Source of the DNA: Alphaproteobacteria bacterium
GTDB taxonomy: Bacteria > Pseudomonadota > Alphaproteobacteria > CAAHEQ01 > UBA3637
Reading direction: 5' to 3'
Assembly (NCBI GenBank): GCA_017466695.1
Contig: JAFTTR010000023.1
Location: 49,583-113,582 of the forward strand
DNA: 64,000 bases
Shown here: positions 27,036-37,300 of the stretch, in pieces
How positions within the stretch are numbered: the stretch's first letter is position 1
How the letters are laid out: every line of letters starts with the position of its first letter
Position numbers and translations under genes: made by a program
Notes under the pieces: model-generated
The model's database searches: none
Told to the model about the DNA's origin: nothing
What the model saw: only the letters and a program-made list of their open reading frames with translations

Positions 27036-29348
27036 TTACCCATTTTGATTTAGGTAATTAGATGACAAATATCTCATGGGATGATGCTGTGCATCTAATC
27101 TTACTTTGTTTTGCCATAACCCATATCCACCATTTCGAATAATATCTTCTTCTTTTAAAGGATATGGGAAATCACACTCTTTTAAATAAACAGTTTTACC
27201 CTTAGGTAAAATTAATTTTTTAACATCTTTTAAAGAGGTGTTATGTAAAGAAACTTCATCACAATTTGAAAAATCAAGCACATCCGTCTCTTTTAATAAA
27301 ACATTTGTCAAATGAACTCGTTTCACCCTATTATCCATTTTAAAATCATGGATTGAAACACAATTAAAAGGGGCAAACATAAAAGATGTTATACCCCTAA
27401 TATCAAGAAAAAGCTCTTCTGGGAAGGTTGAAAAAATCAAATCCACCCTCTCTGCTTTTTTAGGGAGTGTTATTTCTTTAACATTTTCCAAATAACTCTC
27501 TGAAATTTGAACACTCCCCGTTACATGAGATAAATCTAAATGATCTATATTAAATTTTGTAACCCCACTTTCAAAATTACGAACTTGAGGTGGCAGTTTA
27601 AATACAGGCGCTGTAATTTGCATCCGACATAATGAAACATCTGAACAATCTAACGACAACCCTTCTAATGATTTCAAGTGGTTACTCAAATGCATTTGTA
27701 ATGAAAAGTATCTATTCTTTATACCTTTAAAATCATGAATATTAGGCGATAAAAGCCTCAATTCATCAGCATGAAATGGCAACAAATTCTGATGTTTTTT
27801 AGAAAAATAATAACATTCAAAAATACCATATATATCCATATTTTTAAAAGAAACTGAAGAAGCAACCCCATCTGAAGAAACGGAAAGTTTAGGTCTTGAA
27901 TCAAAAAATGCATCTAAAGCATTTAATTTGGCTGTAAGTGAGAGATATTTTCGGTTCCAATTTCCAACACAAATACGCCCATCAACTCCTTTAGAATATA
28001 TGAGATTTTGATGTTTTAAAATATCATATTCATCCATATTAAAATAGTAAGTAGAAGCTTCAGCATCTTTATAACATCCATCAACAAGAGAAAAGGCTCC
28101 TCTCAACTTCGGCTGATATTGAGATAAAAATTCATCCAATTGTTCACGCACGGCTGGTATTTTCAGCCCATACATATACCCAGATTTAAAATAAACATTC
28201 CCATTTTCATTAACAAAAGGCTTAATACTTATTCGAGCCAACTTTTTGGCTGGATTTTTTGAATTAATCCCAAAAGCTACAAAAACACCATTCCCAATTT
28301 CTTCTGGTAAATAATGCGAATTAATCCCTTTTGGTGTTAAACAAGAAGCCCACTCATCCTTCGAATACTCTGCGTAAGCACTCATTTTGGCAATATCAGA
28401 TGGGTATTTTGAAAGAACAAGCATATCAATTATGTCATTTTTTTGCTCATTCCCTTTGTGAACAGCTTGCATCAGATGAAAATCCTGATATTGTTTTGAA
28501 TAAAATTCTCTTAAATTAAATAATCGGTTTTTTAAATCATCACTTGAAGCAAGAGCTCCTTTTGACATCACTTCATAAAATAAAACAGGCGTCATGAATG
28601 CTCTTGGCATTGAAAAACGAGACCGACTTTTAAATTTCGAATACGTATTTAAATAATCTTGATACGAATGAATTCCATTTAAATAAGAAACAAAATCTTC
28701 AGCAGCGTTGGAAGAAGAAACACGAGTTAATATTTGAGAGAGAAAATCTGACTGTTTTTTCAAAAAACGCCCTGCTTTTGTACCAATAACATGCATATGG
28801 CATTTTTGATCTTTTGCAGACTGAACCAAAAATGAAAAGCCTTTTTCAACAACTTTAACAGACTCATCATTCGGAATTGAAAGATTTATCTTATCAATCA
28901 AATTTTTCAAAAACAAAAAACCAGAAGAAACTGGGTTGATTTTCAAATAAACCCTCTCTTTATCTTGAAAAAAAGAGGGATAAGAAGGTCTGTACCCTTC
29001 CCTTAATTTTTGTCCTTTTAAAACGATTTTTTGAATATCATTATCATAATAGCGCACCTGAGCCCTAAAATCTCGCACAAGCTGATTTAATAATTCTAAA
29101 TCATTTAAATTCTGTTTAATTTTATCGTAAGGAATTAAATCTTCAGCAGCATAATTTTCAGCCAATAAAAAAAGACGAAAAATAGTGAAAAAAGCCTTTT
29201 TATCCCCTTTATTTTCAAAAAGGAATCTTTGGACCTTTTTCTTCACCCTTTTTATTCGAAAATCTAAAAAGTCTTTTTCCTCTTCAGCTGATAATAATTT
29301 TAACATATATTCTCCTTTAAACACGAAGAAGAATTGTACCATACCCAC
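27036..29348 (-). CDS. Hypothetical 770-aa protein with phage-like central domain and LRR-like C-terminus
   Basis: SKYPSDIAKMS...W.SC...VFVAFG...LARISIKPF...YG core; LKSLEGL and L.L....LP-type repeats. Likely start is MLKLL after an AGGAG RBS. Confidence 0.65.
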   Translation of the reverse strand: MGMVQFFFVFKGEYMLKLLSAEEEKDFLDFRIKRVKKKVQRFLFENKGDKKAFFTIFRLFLLAENYAAEDLIPYDKIKQNLNDLELLNQLVRDFRAQVRYYDNDIQKIVLKGQKLREGYRPSYPSFFQDKERVYLKINPVSSGFLFLKNLIDKINLSIPNDESVKVVEKGFSFLVQSAKDQKCHMHVIGTKAGRFLKKQSDFLSQILTRVSSSNAAEDFVSYLNGIHSYQDYLNTYSKFKSRSRFSMPRAFMTPVLFYEVMSKGALASSDDLKNRLFNLREFYSKQYQDFHLMQAVHKGNEQKNDIIDMLVLSKYPSDIAKMSAYAEYSKDEWASCLTPKGINSHYLPEEIGNGVFVAFGINSKNPAKKLARISIKPFVNENGNVYFKSGYMYGLKIPAVREQLDEFLSQYQPKLRGAFSLVDGCYKDAEASTYYFNMDEYDILKHQNLIYSKGVDGRICVGNWNRKYLSLTAKLNALDAFFDSRPKLSVSSDGVASSVSFKNMDIYGIFECYYFSKKHQNLLPFHADELRLLSPNIHDFKGIKNRYFSLQMHLSNHLKSLEGLSLDCSDVSLCRMQITAPVFKLPPQVRNFESGVTKFNIDHLDLSHVTGSVQISESYLENVKEITLPKKAERVDLIFSTFPEELFLDIRGITSFMFAPFNCVSIHDFKMDNRVKRVHLTNVLLKETDVLDFSNCDEVSLHNTSLKDVKKLILPKGKTVYLKECDFPYPLKEEDIIRNGGYGLWQNKVRLDAQHHPMRYLSSNYLNQNG

Positions 29349-29480
29349 CTTAATTTGTCAATATTTTTAAATATTTAAAATATTACACAAAAATATATAT
29401 TTTTTTAAAATATAATATTTTTAAAACTTAAATCATCACATTAAAAAATTACTCTCTTTTTTTCAAAATAAATTATTCAA

Positions 29481-29515
29481 AAAAAAAGAATGCGCTATCA
29501 ATTGATAGCGCACCC
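29481..29515 (-). terminator. rpsA intrinsic terminator
   Basis: Perfect 22-bp palindrome TGCGCTATCAATTGATAGCGCA (29491-29512) followed by a T tract on the minus strand. Confidence 0.75.
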
Positions 29516-29540
29516 TTTGATGACTTAGAAAAAATGCTAA

Positions 29541-31268
29541 TTATTCAGCAACTTCTTCTTTTGCTTCTTCTTTAGCAGCTTTTTTCTTTGTTGTTTTTTT
29601 AGCTTTTGCTAATGCATCACCTAAAATATCACCCAAAGAAGCACCAGCGTTTGTAGAACCAAATTCTTCCATAGCTGCTTTTTCTTCTGCAACTTCACGA
29701 GCTTTAATTGATAATGTCAATTTGCGTGTTTTTGCATCGAATGATGTGACTTTAGCATCAACTTTTTCACCAATAGCGAAACGTTCTGTTTTTTGTTCAG
29801 CACGGTCTTTAGCGAGGTCTGTGCGTTTGATGAAACCTTTAACGCCATTAACTTCAACTTCAATTCCGCCTTCTTCAATATTAGAAACGATACCTGTTAC
29901 GATTTCGCCTTTTTTAATTTTGTCAGAAGCATCTGCAAATGGATCTTCTGTCAATTGTTTAACACCCAAAGAAATACGTTCTTTTTCAACATCGATGTCT
30001 AAAACTTTAGCTTTAACAACCATGCCTTTTTTGTAATCTTTGATTGCTTCTTCACTTGATTTTTCCCATGAAAGGTCTGAAGTGTGAATCATACCATCAA
30101 TATCATCATTTAAAGCAATGAAGATACCAAATTCAATCATATTTTTGATTTCACCTTCGATAACATCACCAACTGCGTGTGTATCAGCAAATGCTTTCCA
30201 TGGATTTTCTTGAATTTGTTTCATACCAAGTGAGATACGGCGTTTTGATTCATCAACATCTAAAACAATACCTTCAACTTCTTGGCTCAATGAAACGATT
30301 TTGCTTGGGTGAACGTTCTTCTTCGTCCAGCTCATTTCTGAAACGTGGATTAAACCTTCAACACCGTTAGCTAATTCAACAAATGCACCGTAATCTGTGA
30401 TGTTGCTGATTTTACCTTTGAATGTTGCTCCAACAGGGAATTTTTCATTCACACCAACCCATGGATCGCTTTCTAATTGTTTCATACCAAGTGAAATACG
30501 ACCTGTGTCTGTGTTAAATTTAATAATTTGAACTTTAACTGGTTGACCAACTGTCAAAACTTCTGCTGGATTTGTAATACGTTTCCATGAAATATCTGTA
30601 ACGTGTAATAAACCATCAACACCGCCCAAATCAACGAATGCACCGTAATCTGTGATGTTTTTAACAGTACCTTCAACAATTTGACCTTCAGAAAGGTTTT
30701 TAATAATTTCAGAACGTTGTTCAGCTCTTGTTTCTTCCAAAACAGCCCGACGAGAAACAACAATGTTTCCACGAACTCTATCCATTTTCAAAAGAGCAAA
30801 TGGTTGAGCAACACCCATTAATGGTGTGATATCTCTGATTGGACGAACATCAATTTGTGAACCAGGTAAGAATGCTGTTGCCCCATTTAAGTCAACAGTG
30901 AAACCACCTTTTACACGACCAAAAATTGTACCAATAACGTGTTCACCGTTAGCAAGTGATTTTTCCAAATCACCCCAAACTTCTTCACGGCGTGCTTTTT
31001 CACGTGATAAAACAACATTACCATCTTTGTCTTCATAACGATCAACAAAAACATCAACGCTGTCATTCAAGTTAAGTGTCTGTACACCAAATTCTGAAAC
31101 AGGAATACGACCTTCTGATTTTAAACCAACGTCAACTGTGACGTAGTCATCATCAAAACCAACGATTTTGCCAGAGATTACTTTACCTTGTAAAGAACCT
31201 TTACCCATAAATTCGTCTAACAAAGCGCCAAAATCTTCTGCTGGCATTTGGTTTTCAATTGTACTCAT
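29541..31268 (-). CDS. rpsA: 30S ribosomal protein S1
   Basis: Six S1 domains (DVGLKSEG, FLPGSQID, YGAFVDLGG.DGLLH, RISLGMKQ). Confidence 0.97.
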   Translation of the reverse strand: MSTIENQMPAEDFGALLDEFMGKGSLQGKVISGKIVGFDDDYVTVDVGLKSEGRIPVSEFGVQTLNLNDSVDVFVDRYEDKDGNVVLSREKARREEVWGDLEKSLANGEHVIGTIFGRVKGGFTVDLNGATAFLPGSQIDVRPIRDITPLMGVAQPFALLKMDRVRGNIVVSRRAVLEETRAEQRSEIIKNLSEGQIVEGTVKNITDYGAFVDLGGVDGLLHVTDISWKRITNPAEVLTVGQPVKVQIIKFNTDTGRISLGMKQLESDPWVGVNEKFPVGATFKGKISNITDYGAFVELANGVEGLIHVSEMSWTKKNVHPSKIVSLSQEVEGIVLDVDESKRRISLGMKQIQENPWKAFADTHAVGDVIEGEIKNMIEFGIFIALNDDIDGMIHTSDLSWEKSSEEAIKDYKKGMVVKAKVLDIDVEKERISLGVKQLTEDPFADASDKIKKGEIVTGIVSNIEEGGIEVEVNGVKGFIKRTDLAKDRAEQKTERFAIGEKVDAKVTSFDAKTRKLTLSIKAREVAEEKAAMEEFGSTNAGASLGDILGDALAKAKKTTKKKAAKEEAKEEVAE

Positions 31269-31321
31269 TAATTAATCCTTAAAAATATAGTTGGCCACCA
31301 AAGCCTTTTGCTTTGGGGACT

Positions 31322-31984
31322 TTAGTCAATCCGCCCTTTGATATACTGAACGACTTGGGCGTATACATCGTCAGCAGTCATATCAGAAGTATCAATAACC
31401 AATGCGTCATCAGCAGGCTTTAATGGAGCTGTTGCTCTTTCACTATCTCGCTTGTCACGCATGACAATATCTGATAAAACGTCTTCAAATATAACACATA
31501 ATCCTTTTAATTGCAACTCTTTAAATCGTCTTTTTGCACGAATTTCATTATTTGCTGTTAAAAATATCTTAACAGGGGCTTCTGGGCAGATAACTGTCCC
31601 AATATCTCGCCCATCTAAAATGGCTCCTTTTGCTGGTGTTTTGTCTTTTTTAATTGGATTTAAAGCGAATCGTCTTTGAAAATCAAAAAGTGCCTTTCTA
31701 ACACCTGGTAACCTTGAAACCAAAGAGGCTGCTTTCCCACAAACTTCATTTCGAATTTTCGAATCGTCTTGAAGTGTCAACATTTCATCAATATTAAGGC
31801 TTTGAGCAACTCGAACAGCCTCAATTTCATCTTCAGGATTCAACCCCTGCTCCAACATTTGAAAACCAACACCTCGATATAAAGCACCAGTGTCTAGATA
31901 GGCATAATCCAATGTTTCAGCCAATTTTAACGCTAATGTTCCCTTTCCTGCTGAAGAAGAACCATCAATTGCAATAATATTCAT
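31322..31984 (-). CDS. cmk: Cytidylate kinase
   Basis: IAIDGSSSAGKGT, LDTGALYR, DGRDIGTV, RDKRDSER; start MNIIAID. Confidence 0.93.
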   Translation of the reverse strand: MNIIAIDGSSSAGKGTLALKLAETLDYAYLDTGALYRGVGFQMLEQGLNPEDEIEAVRVAQSLNIDEMLTLQDDSKIRNEVCGKAASLVSRLPGVRKALFDFQRRFALNPIKKDKTPAKGAILDGRDIGTVICPEAPVKIFLTANNEIRAKRRFKELQLKGLCVIFEDVLSDIVMRDKRDSERATAPLKPADDALVIDTSDMTADDVYAQVVQYIKGRID

Positions 31985-32082
31985 TGTAAAAATTTTCCTC
32001 TTTTTTAATTTTTTTATTGACAAATTGAACATAACATGTAAAAGGCACAAATAACAAGTTTTTTTTATCATGGAGGATTAAA

Positions 32083-32448
32083 ATGGCAAAACCAGAATGG
32101 GGATTGAAACGTAAATGTTTAAAATGTGGCACTTTTTTTTATGATATGAATAAAAAAAGTTTTTCTTGCCCAAAATGTAAAGAAGAGTACACTCTTGACT
32201 CTTATGCAGAAAATAAAACAAAACAATTGCTCAAACTTGCTAAAAAAGCAGCACCAAAAATTGAAGATGATACATTGGATGAAGAAGCTTTGTTACAAAT
32301 GACAGAAGATATTCCTTTGTCAGATGAGGATATTGGACCTGATGATTTGGAAATCTTAGATGACGAACCTGATTTAGAAGAATCAGATAGACCGGAATTG
32401 ACAGGTATTGTAGATCAATATGATGACGAAGAACAATCCGATAAATAA
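32083..32448 (+). CDS. TIGR02300 (FYDLN_acid) family protein
   Basis: MAKPEWGLKRKC..CG..FYDMN...CPKC plus acidic tail. Confidence 0.9.
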   Translation: MAKPEWGLKRKCLKCGTFFYDMNKKSFSCPKCKEEYTLDSYAENKTKQLLKLAKKAAPKIEDDTLDEEALLQMTEDIPLSDEDIGPDDLEILDDEPDLEESDRPELTGIVDQYDDEEQSDK

Positions 32449-33025
32449 CGAACAAAATCTTTTTTTTCAATCCCTGAAAGGGCAGCTTCTCGTTGCCATG
32501 CCAGGGATTGATGACTTAAGGTTCAATAAAACAGTTATTTATATTTATGAACACACGCAAGAGATGGGTGCCCACGGGATTGTAATTAACAAACCTGCTG
32601 TTAAAATGTCTTTTAACGATATTTTAAATCAATTAAAAATTGAACCGGTCAGTCTAGAGGCATCAACACCTCAAATTTTGCTTGGGGGCCCAGACCAAAT
32701 CACGCACGGCTTTATTATTCACTCTGGTGATTATTTTACACCAGAAACCTGCTATATTCAAAGCAACGTTGCCATTACATCCACTCAAGATATTTTAGAA
32801 GATATTGCAAATGGGAAAGGGCCTGAAAACAAATTAATTGCTCTTGGATGTGCCTCTTGGATTAGAGGCCAACTTGAAGATGAAATTATGAGCAATGTTT
32901 GGCTAACGGTCCCTGCGACATGGAACTTATTATTTGAAATCCCATTTGAACAGAAGTGGGAAAAGGCTATTGAAACACTGGGTGTAAACCATTTTTATTT
33001 AACAAATATATCGGGAAAAGCTTAA
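32420..33025 (+). CDS. YqgE/AlgH family protein
   Basis: GQLLVAMP...D.RF..TVI, GGP, GCASW..GQLE.E...N.W. Confidence 0.9.
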   Translation: MMTKNNPINNEQNLFFQSLKGQLLVAMPGIDDLRFNKTVIYIYEHTQEMGAHGIVINKPAVKMSFNDILNQLKIEPVSLEASTPQILLGGPDQITHGFIIHSGDYFTPETCYIQSNVAITSTQDILEDIANGKGPENKLIALGCASWIRGQLEDEIMSNVWLTVPATWNLLFEIPFEQKWEKAIETLGVNHFYLTNISGKA

Positions 33026-33026
33026 A

Positions 33027-34190
33027 ATGAAGAAATATATCTTACTTTCGACCCTCCCAATTCTTATTTTTGGCGTAGCTGTTTATTCATACCTGTCAAA
33101 TAAAGACCCTCTTGTTTCCGTTGTTATGCCTACCTATAACAGAGTAGCTCTTCTCCCTCAATCTATTGAATCTATACTCAATCAAACATATACAAATTTT
33201 GAGTTCATTATTGTAGATGATGGATCAACTGATGGGTCGAATGCCCTTCTACAAACATATGCGCAAAGCGATCCCAGAATTAAAATTCTAACAAACACAA
33301 AGAATAGAGGTATTTCTTATTCTAGAAACAGAGGGACAGATGCAGCAAAAGGGAAATACATTGCCATTATGGATTCTGATGATTATTCTGAGCCCGAAAG
33401 ATTGAAAAAGTCTGTCGATTATCTTGAAAAAAATGATGATGTAATTGCTCTTAATGCCCTTTATCATGAAACAGGAAAACCAGACTCTTGGCAAAACAAT
33501 TGGGTTCCTCCTCTTCGGTTTGATATTATTTTTCATTTAAAGAACTATTTTTCAAATATCGCTGTTTTTAGAACAGACTTTGTCAGAAAACATAATATTC
33601 GCTATAATGAAAGCATAATGAGCTCTGAAGATTATGATTTTTGGGCCCAAATCTTTATGAAGGGCGGCAAATTCAGAATGCTTAATGAACGACTCGTTCG
33701 CATTCGCAGACACAAAACAAACTCAAAAGAATACTATGATACAATTAAAAAACAAGCTCGCACTATATCCGACAGATTATTAAGACATTTTGGTGTTCAA
33801 AATCCAGAGAAACTCACAAATGACTGTGAACGGATGGAAGAAATGATAAAAGTGAATAATCGTACAAAAAAAATAGATGCGTACACATTTAATCTTTTTT
33901 ATTCTAGATCTTGCAAAAGATATGCCGAACCTGAAAACGGTCTTTATATCAAACATGATGACTTTGTTGATTATTTAAAAGCAACAGACGAAAAAAATAT
34001 ATATGAACGCTTTCGAAATCAAGAAAAATACAAAGTCTTAGAGATAAAGAAAAACGTTAATGGAGATCCTAACATCTTCATTATTGAAAACCCTTCAAAA
34101 GAAATTGAGATTTATCACAAACAAAATGATGGTTCTTTGACACTTGTTTATAAAGAAGAAAAAACATTTTTTAAAAAGCTCTTTGATTAA
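33027..34190 (+). CDS. GT2 family glycosyltransferase with N-terminal signal anchor
   Basis: VSVVMPTYN, IIVDDGSTD, N.GIS.SRN.G, IMDSDD (DxD), EDYDFW. Confidence 0.88.
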   Translation: MKKYILLSTLPILIFGVAVYSYLSNKDPLVSVVMPTYNRVALLPQSIESILNQTYTNFEFIIVDDGSTDGSNALLQTYAQSDPRIKILTNTKNRGISYSRNRGTDAAKGKYIAIMDSDDYSEPERLKKSVDYLEKNDDVIALNALYHETGKPDSWQNNWVPPLRFDIIFHLKNYFSNIAVFRTDFVRKHNIRYNESIMSSEDYDFWAQIFMKGGKFRMLNERLVRIRRHKTNSKEYYDTIKKQARTISDRLLRHFGVQNPEKLTNDCERMEEMIKVNNRTKKIDAYTFNLFYSRSCKRYAEPENGLYIKHDDFVDYLKATDEKNIYERFRNQEKYKVLEIKKNVNGDPNIFIIENPSKEIEIYHKQNDGSLTLVYKEEKTFFKKLFD

Positions 34191-34326
34191 AAAAAGTGAT
34201 CTTTTGAGGACAACCCTATTTTTTTCAAGGAAAGTTCACTGAAAGGTCAATTTTTTATTCACTTAAAAACAAAAAAACCAAAGCAAATAGCCGTAAAAAA
34301 CATCAAAAGAGTGTCTTAATCAGACT

Positions 34327-37300
34327 TTAGAACTTATATTTTGCACTGGCTTTCCCTGTGTGGTTTGTATAATCCCCTTTAAAGTTACCTTCATATTCAA
34401 AGGCAATTTCTGCTTTTCTATTCACATCAAACCCAACTCTAGCCCCAATTTCAATACCAAATCTATCCATACTCTCACCATCAACTTGATAAAGGGCTCC
34501 ATTAGGAAGTGTAATCTTGTTTTCGAACTCTGGTTCAATTAAGTCATAAGTTGAAGCAATTCTTAACTCAGGATACCATGAAATAACTGGTGATAAACGA
34601 TATCCAATAGAATAGGATACACCCAGAACTCCCGTTAAAATTTGCGTATCAGAACTGGCCACTCTTTGACCTGCTTCATCTTCATATTCATGTTGTTTTA
34701 AATATGTATATCTTAAACCCATTTCTGGAGAAATAACACCAGTTGCCCAATTTTTAGAAACGAAAGGCCCCATTTTTTTACCAACCATGACTTGAGCACT
34801 CAACATATCAACATCATAGTCAGCTTTAATACGGTGTTGGAATACCTTTTTATTTTCTTCATAAGAAGAACGCCCATACAGTGCCTGCCAATTCACATAC
34901 ACACGACTTGGATTATATTCACCATACGCCATAATGACATGAGAAGTGATATCTGTATCTCTTTGAACAGCACTTCCATCAGCTTTCATATGAGCATAAG
35001 CAAGCCCTATTTTGCTATTATCAGCAATAGGCGTATCAAACCCAAAGGCTAAGCCTGTTGTATCCATATCAAATCCTTTTGCCCCTGAAATCTCAGAAGT
35101 ACCATAAATTGTTTGTACCCACATACGAGATTCTTTTTTAGGGAATTTGTAGAAACGATATCCTCTATGAGTATATCCTGTTTGTTCAGAAGCAGTACTT
35201 AATTGTTTAGAAACAATTGTAGATAAGCGATTGATAATCTCAAATGAATGGGATTGAATAAGCGCAGATGTGTCTGGAGCTAATCCTTCAAGAGCTGCAA
35301 TATACTCTTTAGAATTTGGTCCTAAAATTTGAGCCATATCATTCAACGTATCTTGAATTTCTTTTGGTTTACCCTCTTCTTCAATAGGCTCCCCTAAAAC
35401 AAACTCATCATGAATACAGTGAATCCCTTTACAAACACCTGGTTTTTTTGAAGGAGCTGGAGGTGGAGTTGGCTCAACAGGCGCTTTACCAGACCCAGGA
35501 CAGTCACTTCCTTTGGTGCAAAGTTGATATTCCCCATTTCCAATATAATAAATGTCATACATTGAGTTTTCTAAAACTCTTGCAAATCCACTCTCAGCTG
35601 GGGCATTGAGTGTTTCAGCATCCAAAAGTGTGAAATTTTTATATCCTGTTGTAAAGTGTTCCCCTGTTGCAACCACAATGGCAAGTTCTGTTCCTTTATC
35701 TGAAACATGAATTGTGTTACCAGATACCTTACCATATTCAGTGCCAGATAAGGCATTAATATGTGTGATTAATTTTGAATTATCATTAAAGGAAACTGTA
35801 TCCCCATGCAAAGTTGATTTTCCAATATCTAAAAAGCCGCCTTCTTGAACAACCACTTTGGCAAAAGAAAGATCTTGAGCATTAGATCCAATTGTTAAAT
35901 TATTCGCAATCAAATCGTTTGAAGTAGAGAACTTCCCTGCTACATCCAATGTGGCATTATTCATGTTCAGCGTCCCTACACCTGTTAAATTTGTCAAAGA
36001 TAACTGTCCATCACTCATCGTAACTGTACTATTATTTTCAACTTGTTCAAGTGTGTTTACCCCAGAAAGCGTTACTATTGCCGTATCACCAGAATTGGTT
36101 AATTTTGCAAGATCAAGACCTCTTGCTGTTAACACGCCTTTATTATTTAATGCATTAGCTTTTACATTTATCGCTTCAAGGGAACCTGTGTTTTCAATGT
36201 TTTGATCCACTGTTACTTGGGTCAAAGCCATTTGAGAAGCATTTTTAACAACCGTACCAGCTGTTGAGTCTTGAATGATAACATTTTCTAAGAGAACATC
36301 TCCTTTTTGGTTGTCAACAACAGTATTTGCTCCATCAATCGTGATATTTTTAACCTCTAATGAAGTATTTTGATTATCCAGTTTAAATAAGTCTTTTCCA
36401 TTTGCCTGAATGGTGCTTTCTGTGGCAACGGTTGAGGCACCTAAAATCTTTTTGTCCCCTCCTGATAATGTATCAATCGTTTCATCAGAAGAAACCTCAT
36501 AATTTGCCCCACCTTGAGCGCTTGCATCCATTTGCAAAGTGGCATTCCCCTCATATTTAGCCAAATATTCTAAAGGTGTATCTTTAATTTTATTCGCTTC
36601 AATTGAAACTGTTTGGTCTTCCGTCTTCATTTCGTAAACATAAGGAGAAGTGTTTGAAAGAAGCGCTGAGGAAGTCTCTTTAAAGGTTGCCTTACCACCT
36701 AATACAGCCGTTTCATATTTAATAGCTGGATCAAATTCCCCTGTTTGATCAAGAATAAGATTATTAATAAATGCATTCAAAAGCTCTTGTCCAGACACAT
36801 TAAATTCAACAGAACCAAAGGCATAATCTGTCTTTGTTGTAAGTTTATCCGTTGTTAAAGAGATAGAGCCATCTTCTTCTTGATTAAAAATCATATCAAT
36901 CAACAAGTTTGCTTCACTTCCTGTGAGATTTGTAAAGGTTGTTTCATCTTGTTGATTATTTTGCATATCAATTGTATTCGAATTATCAACCACATAGGCA
37001 CCAACATATGAAGAGGCCCCCAATTTAATATTCGCATCTTTAAAAGTTACTTTACCCCCATTTTGAGCAATATCTTTGTTAAGAGCATAAGTTGTCTTTG
37101 TCCCATTAGCAACACTTGCTGTGGTGAACAAAGTATTTGTCGCCCCATCTTCAACATAAGCGTCAATATAGCCTTGTTTGATATCATCCGTATAGGTACC
37201 AAACACAGCCTCAGAATTTGCATTTAAAGACACATTATCAAGGTTAGATGTACCCCCCGTGCTATAGTGTTTCCAAACAACTTTGTTACTTGAATCCGTT

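Noticed and set aside
29491-29512. Perfect 22-bp palindrome as a possible operator or recombination site
   Set aside because: Its position just after the rpsA stop with a following T tract is fully explained as an intrinsic terminator.
34191-34326. Possible structured ncRNA between the GT2 and autotransporter stops
   Set aside because: Only short, weak complementary patches were seen, with no recognisable RNA family.
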